64,000 bases of DNA from Candidatus Omnitrophota bacterium (GTDB lineage Bacteria; Omnitrophota; Gorgyraeia; Gygaellales; Profunditerraquicolaceae), in assembly GCA_030650425.1 (NCBI GenBank), contig JAUSED010000005.1, forward strand, positions 206,932-270,931. Reading direction: 5' to 3'. Positions 1 to 7,316 of the stretch are shown here, piece after piece. How positions within the stretch are numbered: position 1 is the first letter of the stretch; every line of letters starts with the position of its first letter. Made by a program: the position numbers and the translations under genes. The notes below the pieces were generated by a model that ran no database searches, was not told the origin of the DNA, and was given only the letters and a program-made list of their open reading frames with translations.

Positions 1-88
1 ATCTCCACAACCTAAAGAAAAAAACCATACTGGAATACGCAAAGCTTTTTAACAGAAAAAACTTAATAGAATTAGTTAAGGAAATCGT

Positions 89-826
89 ATGATTGAAAAA
101 AGACAGGTTCAAAAGTTAGCTCAAACGTGGCAGACAACAGTAGATAATGTGGCGCGGGAATATTTTCAACAACTATTTCTTTCCCAGCTTTATCAGGAAA
201 AGGGCTCCGATAGTCTCCTTTTTAAGGGAGGGACCGCGTTACGGATCATTTGGCAGAGCCCGCGGTTTTCGGAAGATTTAGATTTTACCGGAGCAGGCAT
301 CACGGTTAAAGGTATCGAAACCTTAATGGAAGGAGCCCTTGCTAACATAGAAATGGAAGGTATCCAAACCGAGATTATTGAGTCAAAAAGTACATCCGGC
401 GGATACCTTGCCATATTTCAGCTTAATACCGGCGAGTATAAAAGCCGGATTCAGATAGAAGTTTCTTTACGGCCCGGTAAAAAAGGGCTAGGTGCGGCAG
501 CGCTCATTCAATCCGACCTTGTCCTGCCCTATACGCTTATTCATCTTAAAGAAGAGATGCTTATTGCCGAAAAAATCCAAGCCTGTCTTACGCGCGGCAA
601 GGCGCGGGATTTTTATGACCTCTATTTTATCCTACGCAGCCGTATGGCCTTTAAGCAAGCCTTTATTCAGGATAAACAATTAAAGGTAAAGATTTTGAAG
701 GTTGTTAAATCCGGGAAGCTTGATTTTAGACGAGAACTTAAAACCTTTCTTCCGGTCAACCAGCATATGATTATAAAAGGATTCCCCAAAATACTAGTGG
801 CAGAGATTGAACGTAATCTTGCCTGA
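89..826 (+). CDS. AbiEii/AbiGii-family nucleotidyltransferase (type IV toxin-antitoxin / abortive-infection toxin-like)
   Basis: 245-aa ORF with the 'FKGGTALRIIW' motif and overall layout typical of the DUF1814/AbiEii nucleotidyltransferase fold. RBS AAGGAAA lies 8 nt upstream. The cognate AbiEi antitoxin would lie upstream, off the window edge. Confidence 0.55.
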   Translation: MIEKRQVQKLAQTWQTTVDNVAREYFQQLFLSQLYQEKGSDSLLFKGGTALRIIWQSPRFSEDLDFTGAGITVKGIETLMEGALANIEMEGIQTEIIESKSTSGGYLAIFQLNTGEYKSRIQIEVSLRPGKKGLGAAALIQSDLVLPYTLIHLKEEMLIAEKIQACLTRGKARDFYDLYFILRSRMAFKQAFIQDKQLKVKILKVVKSGKLDFRRELKTFLPVNQHMIIKGFPKILVAEIERNLA

Positions 827-846
827 GAGAGATAAATTCCTGCCAA

Positions 847-2409
847 ATGAAAAGATACTTAATTAGTTTTCTAACAGCCCTTGCTGTATTAGGAATAACG
901 GCAAGGGTTTTTTGTTATCCGGTTGACGCGGTAGATATTAGCGGAAAAAAATATTTTCCTGCCGTAAAGGAAGCGATTGTCAAAGCGCAGGAATCAATAA
1001 AGGTTGTAATGTTTGCTATGGAGGCATCTTTATCAAGAGAGGATACAAAACCAAACCAGCTCATTGGCGCGCTTATCGAGGCGAAGAAGCGAGGCGTGGA
1101 GGTAGAAGTTATTTTGGATCAGAATATAGACTTTTTAAAAACAAAGATATGGGAAACTAAAGTTAAAAGTACAAGGGCTTATAAACGCCTCAAAGAAGCA
1201 GGAGTAAAGGTTTATTACGATGAACCGGCTAGATACACTCATGCCAAAACTGTTATTATAGACAAGAAAATAGTCATCTTGGGGAGCACGAACTGGACAG
1301 AAGCCTCATTCGATAACAATATCGAAACAAGCGTCTTGATTAACTCAGAAAAGTTAGCAGGAGAAATTTTAACTTACCTAAAGACTATCAAGATAGATAC
1401 GAAAATAGATGAATACCTTGATTCCATCGGGCCATCGATACCTGTTAGCTGGAAATTCATGGAAAATCTGGCTTTGGCGCCTGAAATGGTAAAATTACAA
1501 GACGAGAGGGCCTTTGATGTTTATCTATACCTGCTTTGGAAATTTAGCGAAAAAATAGGGGACAGTCCCCAAAAGGCGGGGACAGTCCCCTATTTCACGC
1601 TATTCTATGATGATCTTGCCAAATATCTAGGGATTTATGAGGGTTGGAATAGCACAGATTACCGCAGGCAGATTATAAAAGTATTCAAGAAATTAGAGCA
1701 AAGATATAAACTTATAAAGTTTGAGCCGCGGTACGCGAAAGAAGCGACCATAACTTTACTTGATTACGAAAAAAATGGGGACAGTCCCCAAAAGGCGGGG
1801 ACAGTCCCCATTTTTTATGACGAAGAAGGGGATTATTTTGATTTGCCTGAAGACTACTTTAAGCTTGGCTGGAATAGGGAATTGTCTTTAAGGGCTAAAT
1901 TCTGTTATCTGATCAATCTTGCGAACATCGATATAAGCGACCTAAAGCCATACTGGTCAAAAAGCGTAATCACCATCACCAAGCAGTTCGGCGGCATAGG
2001 AAAGAGTGTGATACAGAAAGGAATGGGAGAATTGCGCAGGAATAATTTGCTGGAAGTGAGGTATGATGAATTATCCGGTAAACCCTATGAAGAAAGAAGG
2101 CCTAAGATGTATAAGCTCTTAAGGCTCTACGATCCAAAAGAGCGGGAATTAAGGCTAAAAGGAATGGAAGAGAAATATGGTAAAGAAGTATACGTAAAAG
2201 CAAGAAAATACGCGGAGATAGTCTTCGAAGAGAAGAATCCAGAAGTGATAGAGGACATCATCTTAAAAATGAAAGAATACGGGGATAAAGAAGTAGAGAG
2301 GGCGTTTGGCGAAATTAGCCGCAAAAGCATAGATAACCCCAAGAGGACTTATCTTTATCTAACAAGAATTTTAGGGAGAACATCCGGGGGATTGGGGAAA
2401 CCCCGCTAG
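847..2409 (+). CDS. Secreted phospholipase-D-like (single HKD motif, Nuc-type endonuclease domain) protein with a ~340-aa C-terminal region of unknown function
   Basis: N-terminal signal peptide (MKRYLISFLTALAVLGITA). HKD motif 'YTHAKTVIIDKKIVILGSTNWT' (HxK(x)4D(x)6GSxN). The C-terminal region contains two in-frame 33-nt palindromic repeat insertions, each encoding 'GDSPQKAGTVP'. Confidence 0.7.
   Translation: MKRYLISFLTALAVLGITARVFCYPVDAVDISGKKYFPAVKEAIVKAQESIKVVMFAMEASLSREDTKPNQLIGALIEAKKRGVEVEVILDQNIDFLKTKIWETKVKSTRAYKRLKEAGVKVYYDEPARYTHAKTVIIDKKIVILGSTNWTEASFDNNIETSVLINSEKLAGEILTYLKTIKIDTKIDEYLDSIGPSIPVSWKFMENLALAPEMVKLQDERAFDVYLYLLWKFSEKIGDSPQKAGTVPYFTLFYDDLAKYLGIYEGWNSTDYRRQIIKVFKKLEQRYKLIKFEPRYAKEATITLLDYEKNGDSPQKAGTVPIFYDEEGDYFDLPEDYFKLGWNRELSLRAKFCYLINLANIDISDLKPYWSKSVITITKQFGGIGKSVIQKGMGELRRNNLLEVRYDELSGKPYEERRPKMYKLLRLYDPKERELRLKGMEEKYGKEVYVKARKYAEIVFEEKNPEVIEDIILKMKEYGDKEVERAFGEISRKSIDNPKRTYLYLTRILGRTSGGLGKPR
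1551..1595. repeat. Compound palindromic element, family P copy 1 (GGGGACAGTCCCC-AAAAGGC-GGGGACAGTCCCC flanked by A/T runs), in-frame inside CDS 847..2409
   Basis: Direct observation: aaaaaTAGGGGACAGTCCCCaaaaggcGGGGACAGTCCCCTAttt. The 13-nt unit is a near-perfect palindrome. The 33-nt core equals 11 codons. Confidence 0.85.
1770..1816. repeat. Compound palindromic element, family P copy 2, in-frame inside CDS 847..2409
   Basis: aaaaaaaTGGGGACAGTCCCCaaaaggcGGGGACAGTCCCCAttttttt. It is identical to the core of copy 1 at 1558..1590. Confidence 0.85.
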
Positions 2410-2419
2410 AAATGAAGCT

Positions 2420-2445
2420 CCGCGGGCTAAAGCCCGCGGTTTCTT
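2420..2445 (+). terminator. Rho-independent terminator-like hairpin downstream of the PLD gene
   Basis: CCGCGGGCT-aa-AGCCCGCGG forms a perfect 9-bp GC-rich stem and is followed by TTTCTT. Confidence 0.55.
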
Positions 2446-2475
2446 GGAGCGAAATACTGAGCGGCCATGCTCCAT

Positions 2476-2499
2476 CCGCACCCTGAAGGGTGCGGTTTT
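2476..2499 (+). terminator. Second terminator-like hairpin (CCGCACCC-tgaa-GGGTGCGG-TTTT), nested in an outer GCGGCCA...TGGCCGC stem
   Basis: 8-bp GC stem with a 4-nt loop and a T4 run. An outer inverted repeat spans 2461..2507. Confidence 0.5.
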
Positions 2500-2640
2500 G
2501 TGGCCGCGAATGTATAAAAAATCCAAAAAAATCCACAAAAAAACTTGCAATTGCCTAAATTTGTGTTAAACTTAAGCTAATTGTAGTTATTAAGCTTCGC
2601 GCTTTTACTGGAGGGTAAAAGCGCCTGGAAAAGCAGTTAG

Positions 2641-2686
2641 AACCAGAATGCTGTTAGACAAAGGGTCAGCTTTCTGGTTTTTTTAT
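2641..2686 (+). terminator. Strong intrinsic terminator (AACCAGAAtGCTG...CAGCtTTCTGGTT + T7) at the end of a ~110-nt candidate small transcript
   Basis: The ~13-bp interrupted stem is followed by TTTTTTT. A TTGCAA-N17-TAAACT promoter-like sequence lies at about 2547..2575. Confidence 0.5.
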
Positions 2687-2705
2687 TTTCTAATAACTAA
2701 AGAGA

Positions 2706-3773
2706 TTGCTAGGGGACACTTTCCGTCAAGGCTCTTTCGAAGCCACTCAAAGGAAAGTGTCCCCTAGAGGCTCAAGCCCTGCCAGCAGGGGACATTTTCC
2801 GTCAGGGCTATCAGGGAACTCTTCTAAGGAAAGTGTCCCCTGGGACAAGGCTAAGCTTCAAGAAGAAACCCAAACCCTGCTCAATTACTTCCTCGTAGGA
2901 GTCACCCTCCCAGACTCTATGTTCTGGGTTAACCTACGCCCTGACTCCGAAGACCAGATTATTGACCAATATCTAGAGAAGACTGATGTAGGCAGGATTA
3001 TGCTGGAAGCTGATCTCCAACTCAAGAAAGACACTAGCGCAATGACCTCTCCAGCTACCCCTGAAGGAAGAGAATACTGGGATAGGCTCTATAAGAAGGC
3101 CGCTGATCTCTACGGCTATGACAATGTGACCATCCCCACTCTAACCCGTCCCTGGATTGTCCCGGGTGAGATTATCGTCAGAGAATCCCAAGACTCTGTC
3201 TATGTCTATAAGGCTACGCTTAAAGTCATGCTAGAGCAGGATTACCTCCAAGGAACGGCTATCCGTTATCCTGAGCTTGCTAGCCGTCATCCTGAGCCCC
3301 GCAGGGGCGAAGGATCTAATTCCTTAGATTCTTCCCCTTCGGCTTCGCCTCGGGGTCAGAATGACTATAGTTTTAAAGATATCCGCTCTAAAGCTCTTAA
3401 TGAATACTCCACTCAACTAATCAAAGAACTAATTATTCCTAAACTTACTAAAGAAGTCAACTCATCCAAAAGATATGCTCCCCTAAGACAAGTCTATTAC
3501 TCTTTAATTCTCTCCCGCTGGTTCAAACAGAAGTTTAAGCCAGCAGGGGACGCCCAGATAGTAGGGGACACTTTCCGTCAGGGCTCTAATGAAAGCCTCA
3601 AAAGGAAAGTGTCCCCTACCTTCGTCAGCCTTATTGACTCCAAAAACCTCACTAACCTCATTTCCAAAGACTCTTGGAGCAAAACCGACTATTTCAAGCA
3701 ATACCAAAAATCCTTCTCCGCAGGAGAATACAATATCCAAGAGCCGGTGGTATTTGTGGATGCGGTGAGTTAA
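2706..3773 (+). CDS. Hypothetical protein whose N-terminus and C-terminal region are built from REP-family hairpin repeats (encoded 'GDTFRQGS' segments)
   Basis: 355-aa ORF with plausible coding texture between 2860 and 3540. REP copies at 2710..2766, 2787..2841 and 3562..3618 are all read through in-frame. The true start is uncertain. Confidence 0.4.
   Translation: MLGDTFRQGSFEATQRKVSPRGSSPASRGHFPSGLSGNSSKESVPWDKAKLQEETQTLLNYFLVGVTLPDSMFWVNLRPDSEDQIIDQYLEKTDVGRIMLEADLQLKKDTSAMTSPATPEGREYWDRLYKKAADLYGYDNVTIPTLTRPWIVPGEIIVRESQDSVYVYKATLKVMLEQDYLQGTAIRYPELASRHPEPRRGEGSNSLDSSPSASPRGQNDYSFKDIRSKALNEYSTQLIKELIIPKLTKEVNSSKRYAPLRQVYYSLILSRWFKQKFKPAGDAQIVGDTFRQGSNESLKRKVSPTFVSLIDSKNLTNLISKDSWSKTDYFKQYQKSFSAGEYNIQEPVVFVDAVS
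2710..2766. repeat. REP-like hairpin element, family R copy A (TAGGGGACACTTTCC - 27-nt loop - GGAAAGTGTCCCCTA)
   Basis: Perfect 13-bp inverted repeat. The loop begins GTCAAGGCTCT. Confidence 0.85.
2787..2841. repeat. REP-like hairpin element, family R copy B (GGGGACATTTTCC ... GGAAAGTGTCCCC)
   Basis: 13-bp arms with one mismatch. The loop begins GTCAGGGCTAT. Confidence 0.8.
3562..3618. repeat. REP-like hairpin element, family R copy C, in-frame near the 3' end of ORF 2706..3773
   Basis: TAGGGGACACTTTCC-GTCAGGGCTCTAATGAAAGCCTCAAAA-GGAAAGTGTCCCCTA. Confidence 0.85.
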
Positions 3774-3786
3774 TATACACATATAG

Positions 3787-3833
3787 AAAAAATGGGGACA
3801 GTCTCCAAAAGGCGGGGACAGTCCCCATTTTTT
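3787..3833. repeat. Compound palindromic element, family P copy 3 (intergenic; one C->T change in the first unit)
   Basis: aaaaaaTGGGGACAGTCTCCaaaaggcGGGGACAGTCCCCAtttttt. The ~8 nt on each flank are also similar to copy 2. Confidence 0.85.
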
Positions 3834-3845
3834 CGCCTATTCTGC

Positions 3846-3873
3846 TTGACACTCGAGGTATTCCTGCTAAAAT
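3846..3873 (+). promoter_or_regulatory. Sigma70-like promoter candidate for the hydrogenase/Mrp operon (TTGACA-N16-TAAAAT)
   Basis: TTGACA at 3846..3851 and TAAAAT at 3868..3873. REP copy D lies between this promoter and the first start codon, so it would sit in the 5'UTR. Confidence 0.4.
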
Positions 3874-3957
3874 ATTACCCAATTCGTGTTAACCATCCTT
3901 ATTGCAAGGCTTTTTAGGCCTATCGATTGTAAAGGGACAGTTTCTAAGCACCTACAG

Positions 3958-4008
3958 TAGGGGACACTTTCCAATAAATAGTAAACGCTCGTAGGAAAGT
4001 GTCCCCTA
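3958..4008. repeat. REP-like hairpin element, family R copy D, in the 5' leader of the hydrogenase operon
   Basis: TAGGGGACACTTTCC - 21-nt AT-rich loop - GGAAAGTGTCCCCTA. A degenerate half-site GGGACAGTTTCT lies at 3933..3944. Confidence 0.85.
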
Positions 4009-4025
4009 CTGCTAAAGATACTACT

Positions 4026-5468
4026 ATGCATTATAGCGGTTTGGTTTTAGGGGCTATTTTTATTCCGGTTCTCGGCGCGTTCTGCCTGCCTTTGGCGGCA
4101 AAGGTATCCAAACGACTACGGAATATCCTGTCTTTCATTTTTATCGCTTCTTCTTTTATCCTTTGCTTAGAGCTTATCCCATTAGTTTTATCCGGACAGA
4201 CAGTTTCTATCTCCAAACAATTTGCCTTGGGCCTTAACTTTAGCCTGCTGGCGGACAGCCTCGCCGTATTTATGGCCTGCGTCTCAAGCTTAATCAGCGC
4301 GATCATCGCCTTGTATTCATTTGGCTACATCAGCCATTATGAAAATCAGAATGAATATTATTGCATGGTTACGCTTTTTCTCGGCGCGATGATCGGTTTG
4401 ATTTTTTCCGCCAACCTCATTCTTCTCTATATATTCTGGGAGATTACCGCGATTACCAGCTGGCGCTTGATTGGGTTCTTTAGAGATAAGCCGTACGTGC
4501 TTAAAGCGGATAAAGCGTTTTTAGTTACGGTTTTTGGAAGCCTTTTAATGTTAATCGGTTTCTTAAATATTTATCAGCAGACAGGTTCGTTCGACTTACC
4601 GGTGATTAAAGAAAGCCTGAAATTCAGCGCAGTATCGAATTTAACGGTGGCTTTGATTCTGGCAGGTATATTTTCCAAGTCCGCGACCCTGCCCTTCCAA
4701 ACCTGGCTTCCTGATGCCGGTGTCGCGCCCAGCCCGGTAACCGCGCTTCTGCACGCCGCGGTCTTAGTCAAGATCGGCGTCTATGTTTTTGCCCGGATTT
4801 TTATCGTTAATATTACTCCGGATGTTTTATGGCATACGATCGTGCCTTTAATCGCCGGCCTAAGCGCGATTGTCTCAGCCGGAGCCGCCTTAATCGAAAC
4901 AGACTTAAAGAGGATTATTGCTTATTCCACGATCAGCCAGATTGGTTTTATTTTCTTTGGTTTGGCGCTCGGTAACGAAGTCGCGCTTTTAGGCGCGCTT
5001 CTTTTTATTCTGATGCACGGTTTGGCTAAAGCCGGGTTATTTCTTTGCGCCGGTATTGTCGAGCAGAACGCGAAGGTTAAGGATATCACTAAGCTTGGTG
5101 GATTGATTTCAACTATGCCAATTACCGCGATTTCGTTTTTGTTTTGTTCTTTTTCTATAATGGGGATACCTCCCTTCGGAGGGTTTTTTAGCAAGTATTT
5201 AGTTTTTAGCGGCGCCTTAGCCGAGGGAAGGCTTTGGATTATCTTGATCTATTTAGTCTGCGCGTTCATGACGATTATTTATCTTTTCCGGGTTTTTAAT
5301 CTGGTATTTTTAGGAAAGGCGAACATCCCAGCGCGAGAGGCCAGCCCGATGATGGTGAAGAGCGTGGCTACGCTGGCTATATTATCGCTCGTTGCCGGTA
5401 TATTGATCTATTATCCTTATCAGTTCGCGCAGAAAGCAAGCTGGCAGATGCTGGAGGTGATCAGATGA
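4026..5468 (+). CDS. Mrp/NuoL/M/N-family antiporter-like subunit 1 of a group-4 hydrogenase complex (MbhH/HyfB-like)
   Basis: Polytopic membrane protein with the 'TWLPDA' motif typical of proton-conducting Mrp/complex-I antiporter subunits. The start was moved to the ATG at 4026, after the REP element; the tracked ORF starts at 3999. Confidence 0.8.
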   Translation: MHYSGLVLGAIFIPVLGAFCLPLAAKVSKRLRNILSFIFIASSFILCLELIPLVLSGQTVSISKQFALGLNFSLLADSLAVFMACVSSLISAIIALYSFGYISHYENQNEYYCMVTLFLGAMIGLIFSANLILLYIFWEITAITSWRLIGFFRDKPYVLKADKAFLVTVFGSLLMLIGFLNIYQQTGSFDLPVIKESLKFSAVSNLTVALILAGIFSKSATLPFQTWLPDAGVAPSPVTALLHAAVLVKIGVYVFARIFIVNITPDVLWHTIVPLIAGLSAIVSAGAALIETDLKRIIAYSTISQIGFIFFGLALGNEVALLGALLFILMHGLAKAGLFLCAGIVEQNAKVKDITKLGGLISTMPITAISFLFCSFSIMGIPPFGGFFSKYLVFSGALAEGRLWIILIYLVCAFMTIIYLFRVFNLVFLGKANIPAREASPMMVKSVATLAILSLVAGILIYYPYQFAQKASWQMLEVIR

Positions 5469-7300
5469 TGGTCCAAGCCTTACTGCTTATTCTGATCATT
5501 CCTTTGATTTCCGGGGTGATCATGTTTTTTATCCCCAAGAAAGAGCGCAGGGCTCAAGAAGGTTTGTTAATCATCGCCAGTTTAGCTAATTTTATCCTCG
5601 CGGTATCTCTATTCCCGCAAAATTTTACTTACAGGTTGCCGTGGCTCGACTCGGGAATCGAACTGTCTTTTAGGCTGTATAATTTTAGCAGCTTTATGCT
5701 TTTATCTACTGCTTTTTTTGGTTTCTTAATCGCTTTGTACTCGGTTATTTTTATGCGGGGAAGGAATTTCCTCAACCAGTTTTACGGGTATTTTCTGCTC
5801 TGTATTTTTTTTAGTAACGCGGTATTTTTATCCGATAACCTTTTGGTTTTATTCTTCTTTTGGGAAGGCCTTTTACTTTCGCTCTTTGGGATGATTGCGG
5901 TGGGTAATAAAGAGGCATTTAAGACTGCCACCAAAGCCTTTATCATTATTGGGGTGACGGATTTGTGTATGATGTTAGGGATTGCTTTGACCGGACACTT
6001 AAGCGGGACAATGACCCTTTCCAAAATTAATCTTCCGCTGAATAATCCCCTTGCCAGCATAACCTTTATTCTGTTGATGATCGGCGCGATTTCAAAAGGC
6101 GGGGCAATGCCTTTTCATAGCTGGATTCCGGACGCCGCCACTGACGCGCCGCTTCCTTTTATGAGTTTTGTGCCGGGGGCGATGGAGAAACTTTTAGGGA
6201 TCTATTTTCTTACCAGAATTTCATTGGATTTATTTCAACTCAACGCCCAGTCAGGCTTAAGTACTTTACTGATGAGTATCGGCGGAATAACGATTATCCT
6301 GGCGGTAATGATGGCTTTAATCCAGAAAGATTATAAGCGGCTCTTGTCGTATCATGCCATTAGCCAGGTTGGTTATATGATTTTAGGTGTTGGCACAGCT
6401 CTTCCTGCCGGTATCGTCGGCGGGCTCTTTCATATGATCAATAATGCCTTATATAAAAGCGGGCTCTTTCTTACCGCCGGGAGCGTGGAAAAACAAGCCG
6501 GTACAACGGATCTGGGTAAATTAGGCGGGTTAGGCAGGGTGATGCCGGTCACCTTTGGCTGTTTCCTGATTACGGCCTTGGCTATTTCCGGAGTCTGGCC
6601 CTTTAACGGGTTTTTCTCCAAGGAACTGGTCTATGACGCGGCGATTGAACGGGGGATGATTTTTTACCTTGCCGCTGTTGTCGGTTCATTCTTTACTGCT
6701 GCTTCTTTTTTAAAATTAGGGCATGCCGCATTTTTAGGCAAGCTCAGCTCCCAAAACGAAAAGACCAAAGAGGCAGCCGGAGCAATGCTGATTCCGATGA
6801 TCGTTATTGCCGCAGCCTGCGTAATTTTTGGCCTATTTAATCAACTTCCTTTAAAATACCTTATTCAGCCGATACTGGGAGATAGATTGGAAGGGCATAA
6901 TTTTAGCGGCTTCCCGGTTAACATAACACTAGTGGTTATTACTTTTGTAGTCTTATTTTTAGCCCTGGCCAACCATCTCTTCGGCGCCAAGATTAAAGGG
7001 AGCGGCTTAGCTGCCTTGGATCATATTCGTTACGCGCCGGCGCTCTCTAAGATTTACGACTTAGCTGAGAAAAGATTATTTGATCCTTATCACTGGGGTT
7101 TGGGCTTAGTGAATATTATTTCCAAGCTTAGCTTGGGCATAGATCGAGGGATAAACTGGCTCTCTGATGGATTAAGCGTGCGCTTGGCGTATGGCTTATC
7201 CTCGGGGATCAGGAAAGCCCACACAGGGAACTATTCAGTTTATTTATCCTGGTCCATCGCGGGGATGTTGATTATATTCGTTATATTAATTATTTTATAG
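5465..7300 (+). CDS. Mrp/NuoL-family antiporter-like subunit 2 (long form, 611 aa)
   Basis: Motif 'SWIPDAATDAP'; 14+ predicted TM helices; ATGA overlap with the upstream gene. Confidence 0.8.
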   Translation: MMVQALLLILIIPLISGVIMFFIPKKERRAQEGLLIIASLANFILAVSLFPQNFTYRLPWLDSGIELSFRLYNFSSFMLLSTAFFGFLIALYSVIFMRGRNFLNQFYGYFLLCIFFSNAVFLSDNLLVLFFFWEGLLLSLFGMIAVGNKEAFKTATKAFIIIGVTDLCMMLGIALTGHLSGTMTLSKINLPLNNPLASITFILLMIGAISKGGAMPFHSWIPDAATDAPLPFMSFVPGAMEKLLGIYFLTRISLDLFQLNAQSGLSTLLMSIGGITIILAVMMALIQKDYKRLLSYHAISQVGYMILGVGTALPAGIVGGLFHMINNALYKSGLFLTAGSVEKQAGTTDLGKLGGLGRVMPVTFGCFLITALAISGVWPFNGFFSKELVYDAAIERGMIFYLAAVVGSFFTAASFLKLGHAAFLGKLSSQNEKTKEAAGAMLIPMIVIAAACVIFGLFNQLPLKYLIQPILGDRLEGHNFSGFPVNITLVVITFVVLFLALANHLFGAKIKGSGLAALDHIRYAPALSKIYDLAEKRLFDPYHWGLGLVNIISKLSLGIDRGINWLSDGLSVRLAYGLSSGIRKAHTGNYSVYLSWSIAGMLIIFVILIIL

Positions 7301-7316
7301 TTACAGGAGAAAACTC

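Noticed and set aside
3674-3892. 72-aa ORF containing 'KNGDSLQKAGTVP'
   Set aside because: It is generated by palindromic element family P copy 3 in an intergenic region. It has no RBS and no coding texture outside the repeat.
1551-4008. Possible CRISPR array, given many short palindromic repeats in a 2.5-kb span
   Set aside because: The repeats are inverted hairpins of two different families at irregular spacings, not evenly spaced direct repeats with unique spacers. No cas genes are present. Several copies lie inside ORFs.
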